64,000 nucleotides of DNA from Spirochaetia bacterium (GCA_963668315.1 OY764216.1:1632001-1696000); one strand, 5' to 3'; counted from the first letter of the stretch, positions 30,260 to 39,302 are shown. Translations and numbers: made by a program. Notes: generated by a model not told the origin, from the sequence alone.

Positions 30260-30919
30260 CTATGGTTTATTCAGGAACTGGGGGGCATTTTCGGCAAGCC
30301 AGATATCCGGTTCCACGAAGTAGGGGTTTACCGTGAAGACTCCGCCGTTGATGGAGTAGGGATGGGTGCGGAGTACATTCATAAGCATCTCCCCGGATAT
30401 TTTCGAGGTATTGTAGAGGCAGAGGCTTATGACGGTTTTGTCCTTGACGAAATAGTTCAGCCTTGATTCATAGGCGAACAGATGCTCCACCCCTTTTACC
30501 TTCTGCAGGGCCCAGACCATCTCCGCCACGGCCCGCAGGTTGCGGGGGCCTTCCGCCTGGGTGTAATCGAAGTACCCGTTTATCGCCGTATCCATCAGCC
30601 AGGGATCGAAGACCCCGTCGGGATAGTAAAGCTCGGAAGCTTCTTTCACATCAAGGTCCCCGGGATTGTCCCGGTCGGCCCGGCACAGGGGGCAGTGGGC
30701 GTGATAGGTATCCCAGAAATGCTCTTCCGTCTGTTCGCTGTGTATATATATCTGACGGTCCTCATCGGCATAGCCCCGGCAGAGATAACCGGAAATAATC
30801 TCGTCCCGTTCCTTTTCCGTTTCGTAGAGGCCGCATATATGGGTTCCCCAGTTACACGAGTATTTTCCGATTCCCAGCATGAGTTTTTTCATTTCCGAAG
30901 TCTTTATATGCATGGACAT
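30260..30919 (-). CDS. MEDS (DcmR-like) sensory domain protein
   Basis: WGTHICGLYET, LRAVAEMVW, YESRLN, LCLY, LRTHP. Confidence 0.8.
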   Translation of the reverse strand: MSMHIKTSEMKKLMLGIGKYSCNWGTHICGLYETEKERDEIISGYLCRGYADEDRQIYIHSEQTEEHFWDTYHAHCPLCRADRDNPGDLDVKEASELYYPDGVFDPWLMDTAINGYFDYTQAEGPRNLRAVAEMVWALQKVKGVEHLFAYESRLNYFVKDKTVISLCLYNTSKISGEMLMNVLRTHPYSINGGVFTVNPYFVEPDIWLAENAPQFLNKP

Positions 30920-31040
30920 TCCCTCCCCGCCGGTTCCTATGGATCTTCTCTTGAAGTTTAGTCTCTCATCATAGTGAAGTCAAATTTCAGGGGAGGACAG
31001 TAATCGGGGAATTGGCTTTCTTTCCGGGATAAAGAAACAC

Positions 31041-31223
31041 TTAGGACTCCAGCTGCAGAATATCATGGACCTGCCGGGAGAGTTCGAAGGATGAGAAAGG
31101 CTTCTGAAGAAATCCGTCCACTCCCTCTTCGCCGTCCGCGGCCTGACGTGTCTTATCGCCGCACCATTCCAGAATTTCAACGGCCAGCTGACGTATCAGC
31201 CTGTCGTCATCCACCACGAGCAA
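31041..31223 (-). pseudogene. Internally deleted receiver-domain remnant
   Basis: LVVDDD...AADGEEG joined to VDGFLQKPF; the phospho-Asp segment is missing. Confidence 0.7.
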
Positions 31224-31225
31224 TC

Positions 31226-31368
31226 CCTAGCTTATTGGCTTCTTTGGAGAGAGCAACAACGCATCCATCATTATTGCTGAGTACTACGACAGGTTTATCT
31301 TTAAGATCAGGTCTAAATACCTTTTCACAGCTGGCATAGAATGAGTTACAATCGACAAGAGCAATCAT
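31226..31368 (-). pseudogene. umuC: N-terminal fragment of UmuC-like Y-family polymerase
   Basis: Hand translation [49 protein letters not shown]. Confidence 0.88.
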
Positions 31369-31474
31369 GAAGTTTTGCAATGATGGATAATATCATTCAC
31401 TACCCCCCAAACCTCAAAATCCATCTCTTCCGTAATTTTGATTGGAGTATAGTTTTTGTTGCCTGGATATAGCC
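31365..31474 (-). pseudogene. umuD: C-terminal fragment of UmuD/LexA-like S24 peptidase
   Basis: [35 protein letters not shown] overlap with umuC. Confidence 0.8.
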
Positions 31475-31828
31475 GGGGTTCAGGTCATGTTTATTCAGGA
31501 TTCCTAAAAGGTAAAATCCTCCTTTTTCCTCTCTACTCCCGAAAATAAAAGGGTCAAAAAAGGCATCAATCCCGAAAATGGGACTAAAAAAAAAGCACCC
31601 TCCGAAGAAGATGCTCTATATATTATTACCCGTAAGGGTTAACGTTGCGGTAGAGAAGACTTGAACTTCCACGGTCTTGCGACCACTAGCCCCTCAATTC
31701 AGTGTACGACCTTATGTTGTTTTTATAGAGTCATATAGGGCTATATTTCAGGGTTTATGTGGTCTGTTTTTCATATGAAGCTTCTGGGCCTTTATAATAA
31801 AGGCGTCGATACTGGTGTCTATTAGTAA
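31475..31828 (-). repeat. att junction B: arm, terminator, tRNA-Leu 3' half (31646-31697), arm
   Basis: 31475-31697 reads identical to 39080-39302; 31698-31828 is colinear with 27877-28007. Confidence 0.93.
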
Positions 31829-32003
31829 ATGAAAAGTTATCATTTGCATTCTTAATGATTCTTCCAGGGTGCAATGATATATCCAATGACTGATAGTTAT
31901 CCTTCATCAAAAGAACGCTTTGCTACTTTTAGCCTTATTCAAGGATATGGATAGGGGAAGTTTCCAATTTATGCTATGAACGGGATAAAACGAACCGGAT
32001 CCA

Positions 32004-32879
32004 CTATATTTGTGAATAAACTGTGGTCTTATCTCTCCCGTTTTCTTTGGAGCGGTACAAAGCCTTGTCGGCTTCTTTTATTAACTCGAATATATCACAT
32101 CGATCGGAAATGATGGATATACCGATGCTGATCGTTAGATTGTATTCGCTGCTGAAAGCTTCCTTCACATTCATTCTTATTCTTTCTGCGAGATCGAGCG
32201 CTTCCTCCTCTTCCGTATGGGGAAGAACTATTATGAATTCTTCTCCTCCGAATCTCGTACAGATATCAAGTTCTCTTAAATTCAGGAGCAAAATCCTGCT
32301 GACTTCCATGAGGATTTTATCTCCGGTATTGTGCCCGAAGTTATCATTAATAGACTTGAAATGATCAATATCTATCATCAACAGTGAAAAAGGGGTCTTG
32401 TAGCGGATATAGCGCCGAATCTCAATATTGAGTACTTGCATGAGGTGCTGCCTATTGTATAGTTTTGTCAGCGTATCTACCGATGAGAGCTCCACAATTT
32501 TCCCGAGAAAGGATTCACCGATTATTTTTGGGGCTAGAATCTCCTTTTTTATATTCGTCAGATAATCGAGGGTTGCAACCGTGATTTCCACATTTCTGTT
32601 AAGCAGGCGGCTCAATTCTTTCTTATGGCGGAGAATCTCATTCCATATAGAAAAAGCCCTGTTCTTTTCAAACACTTCATAAGTCAAATGGAAAAGGACC
32701 TTTACGTAAAAATCTCCTTCCGATTCACTGAGTAATGTTTCAAAAAGCGCCTTCTCCTCATTCGTTTGGAAACGATCTCCGGCTATCCCGGAAATAAACT
32801 CCTTTGTAAAGACTTTATCGCTGATTATATCAAATAATTTACGGCCATCGTCGTTCTCATTTTTCTTCAAATAATCCAT
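32004..32879 (-). CDS. Cytoplasmic diguanylate cyclase
   Basis: DTLTKLYNR, DIDHFKSIND, RELD I-site, RFGGEEF. Confidence 0.92.
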   Translation of the reverse strand: MDYLKKNENDDGRKLFDIISDKVFTKEFISGIAGDRFQTNEEKALFETLLSESEGDFYVKVLFHLTYEVFEKNRAFSIWNEILRHKKELSRLLNRNVEITVATLDYLTNIKKEILAPKIIGESFLGKIVELSSVDTLTKLYNRQHLMQVLNIEIRRYIRYKTPFSLLMIDIDHFKSINDNFGHNTGDKILMEVSRILLLNLRELDICTRFGGEEFIIVLPHTEEEEALDLAERIRMNVKEAFSSEYNLTISIGISIISDRCDIFELIKEADKALYRSKENGRDKTTVYSQI

Positions 32880-33370
32880 CCTGTTGAAACAGATTCAATT
32901 CCATAGCTTGTCATCAGGGATTCCTTCAAAGAACTCATAGAATACTTGATTCACATGACGAAGCTCCCCAAAATATTGGTCTCATCCAAGGAGGAAATAT
33001 TTCATAACTATATATTTACATCCCTGACTCTAGCTCTTTTAATTGTAATCATTACCATTAAATAATGCAACCATAGTGCGTCCCGAGTCAATATAGCCTT
33101 ATGCCATATCAAAGGTAGTGACAGTTAGTAGAGAAGCTAACGGTTAATTCTGATGATATCGGGATCACTAATCAGAAACCTGTATATATTCTGATAAATA
33201 AAACTATCAGCGGATGTATCGGGGAATTGAGAAGATCCTTGGGGCTGAAAAAAAAGCTCAGAAGGTATTTAGAAAGTCTTGAATTAAGATGGTTGCATCA
33301 CAATCCGTATTGCCGATCCAGCGCTTGAGGGCATAGAAACTACCTCCCGTGACTCACGGATTCGGTATGT

Positions 33371-34228
33371 CTAAAGATGAAGCACTTTTTTCCAGTCCGT
33401 ATCGCGGAACAGGATGGCATGCGTCATGAGGGCTGCGAAAGCCAGAAAGGAGAAAATGATAAAGGTTATGAGCGACCATCCGGAGAAATCCGTTGAAAAA
33501 TCCAGGGCGACCAGCATAAGAGACAAAAGCAAAAAGAATAGGCTTACAACATTCAGTCCCCTGCGCCTGACAATCCCCGTAAGAAAAATAAAAAGGGAGG
33601 CGGGAATAAGCGCCGAGACGGCAATCGGGGACCAACTTATCTTCCCGGAAAGTATGTATTCCAGGGCGATGAGGAAGAGTGAGCTAATGAGGAGGGAGAG
33701 ACCGACGGCATTCTGCCATTTTCTCCTTGCCTTGCCCACGTAAAGCACGAAAATGTCCGCGGAGACCGCTCCCGCCAGGATGATCTGGAAATCCCCGGAG
33801 AGCAGGAAATCCCAGGGATACTGCTTCCTGAACAGCATGAACCAGCAGAGGATTATAAGGCCGGCGGAGTTGACAAGCAAGCCCGGCCTCCTGTAAGAAA
33901 GCACTCCCGCCAGGGCCATCCCGAAAGCGGCCGGCAGGGAAATCATCACATAATAGGACCAGGAGATAAGGCCGTTTTGGATATAATCCAGTAACGGGGT
34001 AACGAGGAGGGGCAATAGGCAGGCCATAACCGCCAGAGAAAGGAACAGCGACCTCTTCTGCCGGAGAGTGAGGGAGCGGTGCATCTTTCGGGCCTTCACC
34101 GAATCGGCGGGATAAATCCCTTCTGATTTCTGGGGATTCCGGACCTCCCCGGGGATGGCCGTATCGCAGAGGGGGCATTTTTCCAGGCGGTCTTCAACTT
34201 CGACTCCGCATCGCGGGCAATAGGGCAT
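33371..34228 (-). CDS. Zinc-ribbon membrane protein (DUF6320-like)
   Basis: MPYCPRCGVE...CPLC followed by about 8 TM helices. Confidence 0.75.
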   Translation of the reverse strand: MPYCPRCGVEVEDRLEKCPLCDTAIPGEVRNPQKSEGIYPADSVKARKMHRSLTLRQKRSLFLSLAVMACLLPLLVTPLLDYIQNGLISWSYYVMISLPAAFGMALAGVLSYRRPGLLVNSAGLIILCWFMLFRKQYPWDFLLSGDFQIILAGAVSADIFVLYVGKARRKWQNAVGLSLLISSLFLIALEYILSGKISWSPIAVSALIPASLFIFLTGIVRRRGLNVVSLFFLLLSLMLVALDFSTDFSGWSLITFIIFSFLAFAALMTHAILFRDTDWKKVLHL

Positions 34229-35506
34229 TCACATCCTCCCCGAATTCAATAAATTCGTCATGATACTTACGTAAACGCCCTCTTTGCGTAGCGCCGCAAA
34301 AAAAGCCGCTTCCACTTCCTTCCCCCATAATGTACTCCCGAAGAACAGGGAGATACTGTCCCTGTAGCCGATGGCCGTCAAATTAATCCGGCCGGAGTTC
34401 CTGGGCGGAATGATCTCGTATTTTTTAACATACTTTCCCATCTTAACAGGCAGGCGGACCAGGCCGAGATTGGAAAAGCTCATGGAGTAGGTATTCTCTC
34501 CCATCCTCCTGTTGATCCATTTGAGAATCGGCTTCTTGAGCAGGAGGGGGAGAACGCGGGACAGGACATTCGCTTCGCCCCGGATGTTGCGGGCTATCTG
34601 CATCTTAAGGTAATTGATATCCATTTCGAGTCTCATGTAATCCCTTACCCGGCCGATGATATATTCCAAGGTGGTCCGCCCCAGTCTCGGATCAACGGTG
34701 GGCTCTACGGTCAGCATGAAGTTCCTCATTGTTTTGGAAGGGAAGAACTGCCTTACGTCGACGGGGATAGTCAGCGTAACGGGCTTCATGCGCTTTTTCG
34801 TCCGCTCCAGGTCACATAGTACCTTAAGAAGCACTGCGCTCAGATAGACTCCTATGGTCACGCCGAAAGCCTCGGCGCGGATCTTTACATCCCCTGTACT
34901 CAGGATTCCCTCGATAATACGGTATTTCGGCGGCTTGAGCGGTGCTCCCCTTAGCTGCGCCGCTCTCCGGCACGGCTTCGCCCGGGGGATACTTCTGTCG
35001 AAATTCCTTTTGTAACCGTCTGAATACTCCTCCGGATCGCAGGAATCTTCGCAATCCAGCACCATCCCGTCGGAAGAGACATCTTCTCCCATGATTTTCA
35101 AATATTCCAAAATCAGCCCGTTCAGAAAAGTTATGCCCGATTTCCCGTCGGCCAGCAGATGGGACGCCTCAAAGGCGATGCGATGGCGATAGGCGATAAT
35201 TCGGAAAGGAAGGACATCCCTTCTTTTGAAGGGGATATACTGGCAGGGCGACTGGCTCTCCCCATGAACGAGGGGCAGGGTATCGACCTTGTCCAGATAG
35301 TACCAGAAGACACCCTGCTTCAAAGTGACTTGGTAATAGGGGCATCGCGCCATCATATTCCGGGCCGCCTCTTCGAGTGCGCCTATCCGGACTGGCTTAT
35401 CCATGAGAGCCGCAATCCGGAATATGGTGGTTCTCTCCTTTGAAAGAAGAGGAGGATAAAGCTTCCCCGCATTATCCAGGCGGTAATCGTAAAATTGCTC
35501 TTTCAT
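34229..35506 (-). CDS. Alcohol acetyltransferase/condensation-fold acyltransferase
   Basis: RLDNAGKLYP, HxxxDG (HLLADG), PVDVR, FSNLG. Confidence 0.78.
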   Translation of the reverse strand: MKEQFYDYRLDNAGKLYPPLLSKERTTIFRIAALMDKPVRIGALEEAARNMMARCPYYQVTLKQGVFWYYLDKVDTLPLVHGESQSPCQYIPFKRRDVLPFRIIAYRHRIAFEASHLLADGKSGITFLNGLILEYLKIMGEDVSSDGMVLDCEDSCDPEEYSDGYKRNFDRSIPRAKPCRRAAQLRGAPLKPPKYRIIEGILSTGDVKIRAEAFGVTIGVYLSAVLLKVLCDLERTKKRMKPVTLTIPVDVRQFFPSKTMRNFMLTVEPTVDPRLGRTTLEYIIGRVRDYMRLEMDINYLKMQIARNIRGEANVLSRVLPLLLKKPILKWINRRMGENTYSMSFSNLGLVRLPVKMGKYVKKYEIIPPRNSGRINLTAIGYRDSISLFFGSTLWGKEVEAAFFAALRKEGVYVSIMTNLLNSGRM

Positions 35507-35678
35507 CCTATGGCTGCCCCTTTAATTATATATGATCCCCCGGATTATTACCATCGGCCGTGATGAAAAACGCCGTTCCCTATCCCCCGTGCCTCCCATG
35601 GGGAGAAAATCGGCACGGATGGCCGAAAGAAGCGCGATCACGCCGGGAGTATGGTATAATGGGGGAAAGGATGAAAAT

Positions 35679-35900
35679 ATGAATAGAATTAAAACCGATA
35701 ATGAACTCAACACCATTGCCTTGAAAGTAGTGGATATTGCCGGTATCGCGGAAACCTTGAAAACAGCATGCGAAAAAGTCATTTACAGATATAACAAGGG
35801 AACACCCCTGAACCTTTCCGAGATTGAAAGGAGTATCCTGCTGAAGGCTAATTATGGTGAAATGATTATATCAGACCAACCCGACAGATGGCTTCTGTAG
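35679..35900 (+). CDS. Small hypothetical protein
   Basis: TATAAT and aagga RBS precede MNRIKTDNEL; 3' end overlaps the EI-like gene. Confidence 0.4.
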   Translation: MNRIKTDNELNTIALKVVDIAGIAETLKTACEKVIYRYNKGTPLNLSEIERSILLKANYGEMIISDQPDRWLL

Positions 35901-37553
35901 GCGCGAGTGGCGTACGGCCTCTTTGATTAAGGGGATAAGGGGAGGGGCTACGCTTAACGTTTCTATGCCGCATGAAAGGAGCTTTTCCACGTTCTGCGGC
36001 TGACCTGCCAGTTCCCCGCATACGGAAAGGGGCATGTCCGGAACGTCTCCCCGGGTAAGGCCGATCAATCTGAAAATGACTTGGGAAGAATCATTGAAAT
36101 AGGTCTCCACCGCCCCGTTCTCGCGGTCGGCGGCATAGGAATACTGGGTAAGGTCATTCGTTCCGAAACTGAGGAAGTCGGCATATTCGCCTATGAGCTT
36201 CGCAGACAACGCGGCGGCGGGGGTCTCGATCATGGCGCCGAGGGGGGGCGGGGATGCCATGTTTTCCTCGGAGCACAGCCGGTCGAGAATTTCCCTTACC
36301 CGGGCCATTTCTTCCGGCAGGGAAACCATGGGCACCAGAATGCGGATGTCAAATTCCAGGGACAACTGGAGCAGAGCTCTCATATTGGTTTTCAATAGCT
36401 CCGGGTATTTTAAAAGGAGCCGTATGCCGCGCTGCCCCAGTGCGGGATTCGATTCGGCCAGAAAACTCATAAACGCCAATTGTTTGTCGCTTCCGAGATC
36501 AAGAAGCCGAACGTTGACGGGCAGGCCTTTGGCGGAACTCAAGGTTTGCCTCATTTCCGAGAGCAGTTCGCTGACTTTCGGCGGAGCGATCCGCCCGAGA
36601 TAGGCCCGCTCCATCCGATAAAGACCTATTCCATCGGCACCGTTTTCCATGGCCCGCTCCGTGTCCTCGGGGCATCCGACATTCGCCAGCACGGAAATCC
36701 GTAAACCGTCCTCCGTAACCGCCGGGCCGGCGGCTTTGAGCCTGACAATCTCCCGGTTTTGCCTGTTCTCATCCATTTTACCACGGAAAATGCGGATCTG
36801 CTTTTCCATAGGGCGGATAATGACTGTCCCCTCATCGGCGTTAACAAGCGCCGGATCTTCCTCGGAAAAGAGGGACTGGATACCGGATATGCCGGATATG
36901 CAGGGTATGCCCATCTCGCGCAGAAAAAGGGAGGCGTGGGAGCCGTAGCTTCCGTATTCAAGGAGAACGGCAGATATGGAACGGCCTGAAAGAAAAACCG
37001 TATCGGAGGGGAGAAGGCGGGAGATAGCCAGCACGCTATGCTGCGGGATTTCGTCGAGGGGGTGGACTGTTATTCCGGCAAGGGCGTTTGAAAGGCGTAT
37101 CGAAACGTCCTTCATGTCTTCTCCCTTGTCCCTTGAGATTTGGGAATCCATTAAAAGAAACCTCTTTTCCCAGCGCAGGAAGACGGTTTTCACGGCGCTG
37201 CTCGCGGTGACGAGGTTATCTTCTATTTCCCTTTTCAGCTCATTCCTTAAGGAAGTATCCTCCACTATCAGCTTGTGGATCCCGAAAATACTGGCCAGTC
37301 TCGCATCCACTTGCTCTTCCACGCGAACGGCTAGAGCGCATAGATCATCGGATACCTTTGTCGTAGCCTCATCAAGCCGGTAAAATTCTTCTTCGATATC
37401 ATGGCGCTTTATGTCGGCGGGCACATCAATCGGCCCCAGAATATTGCGATGGGTGTGAACAAGCCCTTCCACAATTCCCGGGGAGAGGGGAATCCCCTTA
37501 ACTATACATCCCTTTTTCTGTGTCAACGGCTCATCCTTTCCAGTCTGAATCAT
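35871..37553 (-). CDS. PEP-protein phosphotransferase (PTS enzyme I-like paralogue)
   Basis: SPGIVEG, phospho-His motif GSYGSHASL, GIGLYRME, NPALGQRGIR, GAMIETP, SFGTNDLTQY, VCGELAG; start uncertain (37553 or 37604). Confidence 0.88.
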   Translation of the reverse strand: MIQTGKDEPLTQKKGCIVKGIPLSPGIVEGLVHTHRNILGPIDVPADIKRHDIEEEFYRLDEATTKVSDDLCALAVRVEEQVDARLASIFGIHKLIVEDTSLRNELKREIEDNLVTASSAVKTVFLRWEKRFLLMDSQISRDKGEDMKDVSIRLSNALAGITVHPLDEIPQHSVLAISRLLPSDTVFLSGRSISAVLLEYGSYGSHASLFLREMGIPCISGISGIQSLFSEEDPALVNADEGTVIIRPMEKQIRIFRGKMDENRQNREIVRLKAAGPAVTEDGLRISVLANVGCPEDTERAMENGADGIGLYRMERAYLGRIAPPKVSELLSEMRQTLSSAKGLPVNVRLLDLGSDKQLAFMSFLAESNPALGQRGIRLLLKYPELLKTNMRALLQLSLEFDIRILVPMVSLPEEMARVREILDRLCSEENMASPPPLGAMIETPAAALSAKLIGEYADFLSFGTNDLTQYSYAADRENGAVETYFNDSSQVIFRLIGLTRGDVPDMPLSVCGELAGQPQNVEKLLSCGIETLSVAPPLIPLIKEAVRHSRLQKPSVGLV

Positions 37554-37560
37554 GGGAGAT

Positions 37561-37815
37561 TCAATTCCCTTCACGCCCTTCTTCCCCAGGGTGGGCATCG
37601 TCATGTTGGTGAAGCAAATACATGGCGCCGCCCCAAACTAATCCTGACACGATAATAATCAGAACGCCGATCCAGGGAACAATGCCCAGAAGATATAGGG
37701 CCAGGCTGAATGCGCCGAACAAAACCCCCGTTATGGCAAGAAAAGTTAACAGCCATACCCATAAGGGTTTATCCGAAAGGAAACTGATGATTTTGTTATC
37801 TGTGGAATTATGCAT
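37561..37815 (-). CDS. Small two-TM membrane protein
   Basis: aggagg RBS, two hydrophobic helices, His/acidic tail; directly upstream of the EI-like gene. Confidence 0.65.
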   Translation of the reverse strand: MHNSTDNKIISFLSDKPLWVWLLTFLAITGVLFGAFSLALYLLGIVPWIGVLIIIVSGLVWGGAMYLLHQHDDAHPGEEGREGN

Positions 37816-38228
37816 AAGAACCTCCTAAGGTTCCGTTATGAAGATAGGAGGACGCGTCCGTTTCGGGTAGGGGAACCAGCTACGTTCTCTCCGCATAAAC
37901 CTATCACTCGCAAATGTATGTTGCTCAGAATTATTAGTAAGGCTTTAGCAGGGCAGGCGAAAGTTGCAAGCATGTTGTATAATGCTTGTCTCCTTCATGT
38001 TCCTATGGGAATGGTAGAAGAAATGAAATAAATTAGTTCCTAAGGATATATTAGAAATTTAACTACAGAAAACACAATAAATCAATAGGAATTGATATTA
38101 TTACCCGCAAAGGTTTCGCAGAGCCCATTTCTTTTAGAGCCATGCCAGCGAACCCGATGCGGATAAGGTGGGTGAGATATACCATGCCAGTTGACAGCCG
38201 GAGCTTCGCCTGGGCATGGTATGGAAGT

Positions 38229-38489
38229 TTATCTCCTGTTAGGATTCGACTCGGAGATGTTGACCTTTAGATTTCTGCCAAGAACTTCCTTACCATTAAG
38301 GGCCGATATCGCCTTGGAAGCTTCTTCACTATCTGACATCTCGACAAAACCGAATCCCTTGGAACGGCTTGTCTCCCTGTCCAAAATGATCTTGACGGAA
38401 TTGACTTTGCCGAATTCGTCAAAAAGGTTTTGAACATCAAACTCACTCGTTTCCCAACTCAGATTTCCCACATAAATATTACTAGACAT
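38229..38489 (-). CDS. RRM (RNP-1) RNA-binding protein, paralogue of 19311-19580
   Basis: MSSNIYVGNLSW...SKGFGFVEM. Confidence 0.95.
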   Translation of the reverse strand: MSSNIYVGNLSWETSEFDVQNLFDEFGKVNSVKIILDRETSRSKGFGFVEMSDSEEASKAISALNGKEVLGRNLKVNISESNPNRR

Positions 38490-38686
38490 ATTGTCTCCTT
38501 ACACCGGCATCAACCGGTCTTGTTAATCAAGAGAATAAATCAAAATAATAAATGACGCGGAAAAGTATAAAGGATACTGAAAGTGAATACAATCGAGATC
38601 TTATGTTTAATAACGAATCAAAAAGAATAAATGAAATAAACTTGCTTGTTGAATAAGACACTACCTTAGTTCATGCTTATTGTCAA
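38490..38686 (-). promoter_or_regulatory. Promoter (TTGACA-17-TAGTGT) and conserved U-rich leader of RRM gene 2
   Basis: Colinear with 19113-19310. Confidence 0.7.
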
Positions 38687-38746
38687 TACGGATTATCCTC
38701 TGACTCGATTGAAAAGGAGGTCACTTTAAAACTGCTTCCAGATACC

Positions 38747-39070
38747 TTGGGCAAATATATTAAACTATATAAGAGTATCAAGTTGTATAAAGAAGATATG
38801 GTAAATCAGTATTTATCAAAAGAGGGAGAAATCCCAAATTGTTTTTTTCCAACTCTAGGTTTGTGGAATTCTTCAAATGATTTAATTCATGAGAATGAGA
38901 TAATCTCAGATATCAGGGAGTTATATAGTTTTATCACATCAATACAAGATTATGGAAAAGACAGAGAAGCCTTATTGTTTTACAAAAAGAAACTAAGCTT
39001 GGATTTTAATAGAATATCTGCAAGAGATTTAATAAGTATCCCTCTAATTCATGGTTACAATCCATGTTAG
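38747..39070 (+). pseudogene. AT-rich ORF, probably the 3' fragment of an unknown gene
   Basis: No good start codon or RBS; ends 9 bp before the att arm. Confidence 0.35.
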
Positions 39071-39079
39071 AAGTATAAA

Positions 39080-39302
39080 GGGGTTCAGGTCATGTTTATT
39101 CAGGATTCCTAAAAGGTAAAATCCTCCTTTTTCCTCTCTACTCCCGAAAATAAAAGGGTCAAAAAAGGCATCAATCCCGAAAATGGGACTAAAAAAAAAG
39201 CACCCTCCGAAGAAGATGCTCTATATATTATTACCCGTAAGGGTTAACGTTGCGGTAGAGAAGACTTGAACTTCCACGGTCTTGCGACCACTAGCCCCTC
39301 AA
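39080..39302 (-). repeat. tRNA-proximal att site: tRNA 3' half, trailer, terminator, arm
   Basis: 223 bp identical to 31475-31697; terminator gcatcttc-ttcg-gagggtgc followed by a T-tract. Confidence 0.92.

Larger units (their letters stand above)
27870..31697 (-). mobile_element. Integrated cassette 2 (~3.8 kb)
   Basis: Flanked by direct repeats of the tRNA 3' half; cargo is MEDS protein, hybrid kinase and remnants; no integrase. Confidence 0.8.
31691..39302 (-). mobile_element. Integrated cassette 1 (~7.6 kb), tRNA-proximal
   Basis: Lies between the intact tRNA and junction B; cargo is DGC, acyltransferase pair, PTS EI paralogue and RRM; no integrase. Confidence 0.8.

Noticed and set aside
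27825..31697. Two additional tRNA genes
   Set aside because: Only the 3' 52 nt are present; the D-arm and 5' acceptor strand are missing
32895..33005. Possible DinB-like gene fragment (DQYFGELRHVNQVFYEFFEGIPDDKLW)
   Set aside because: Too short and interrupted to assign without a search
9000..39300. Classical integron or prophage
   Set aside because: No IntI, no attC-like RYYYAAC...GTTRRRY hairpins recognised, no phage structural genes
22387..39302. Repeats as a CRISPR array
   Set aside because: Units are 50-350 bp, kilobases apart and derived from the tRNA; no cas genes
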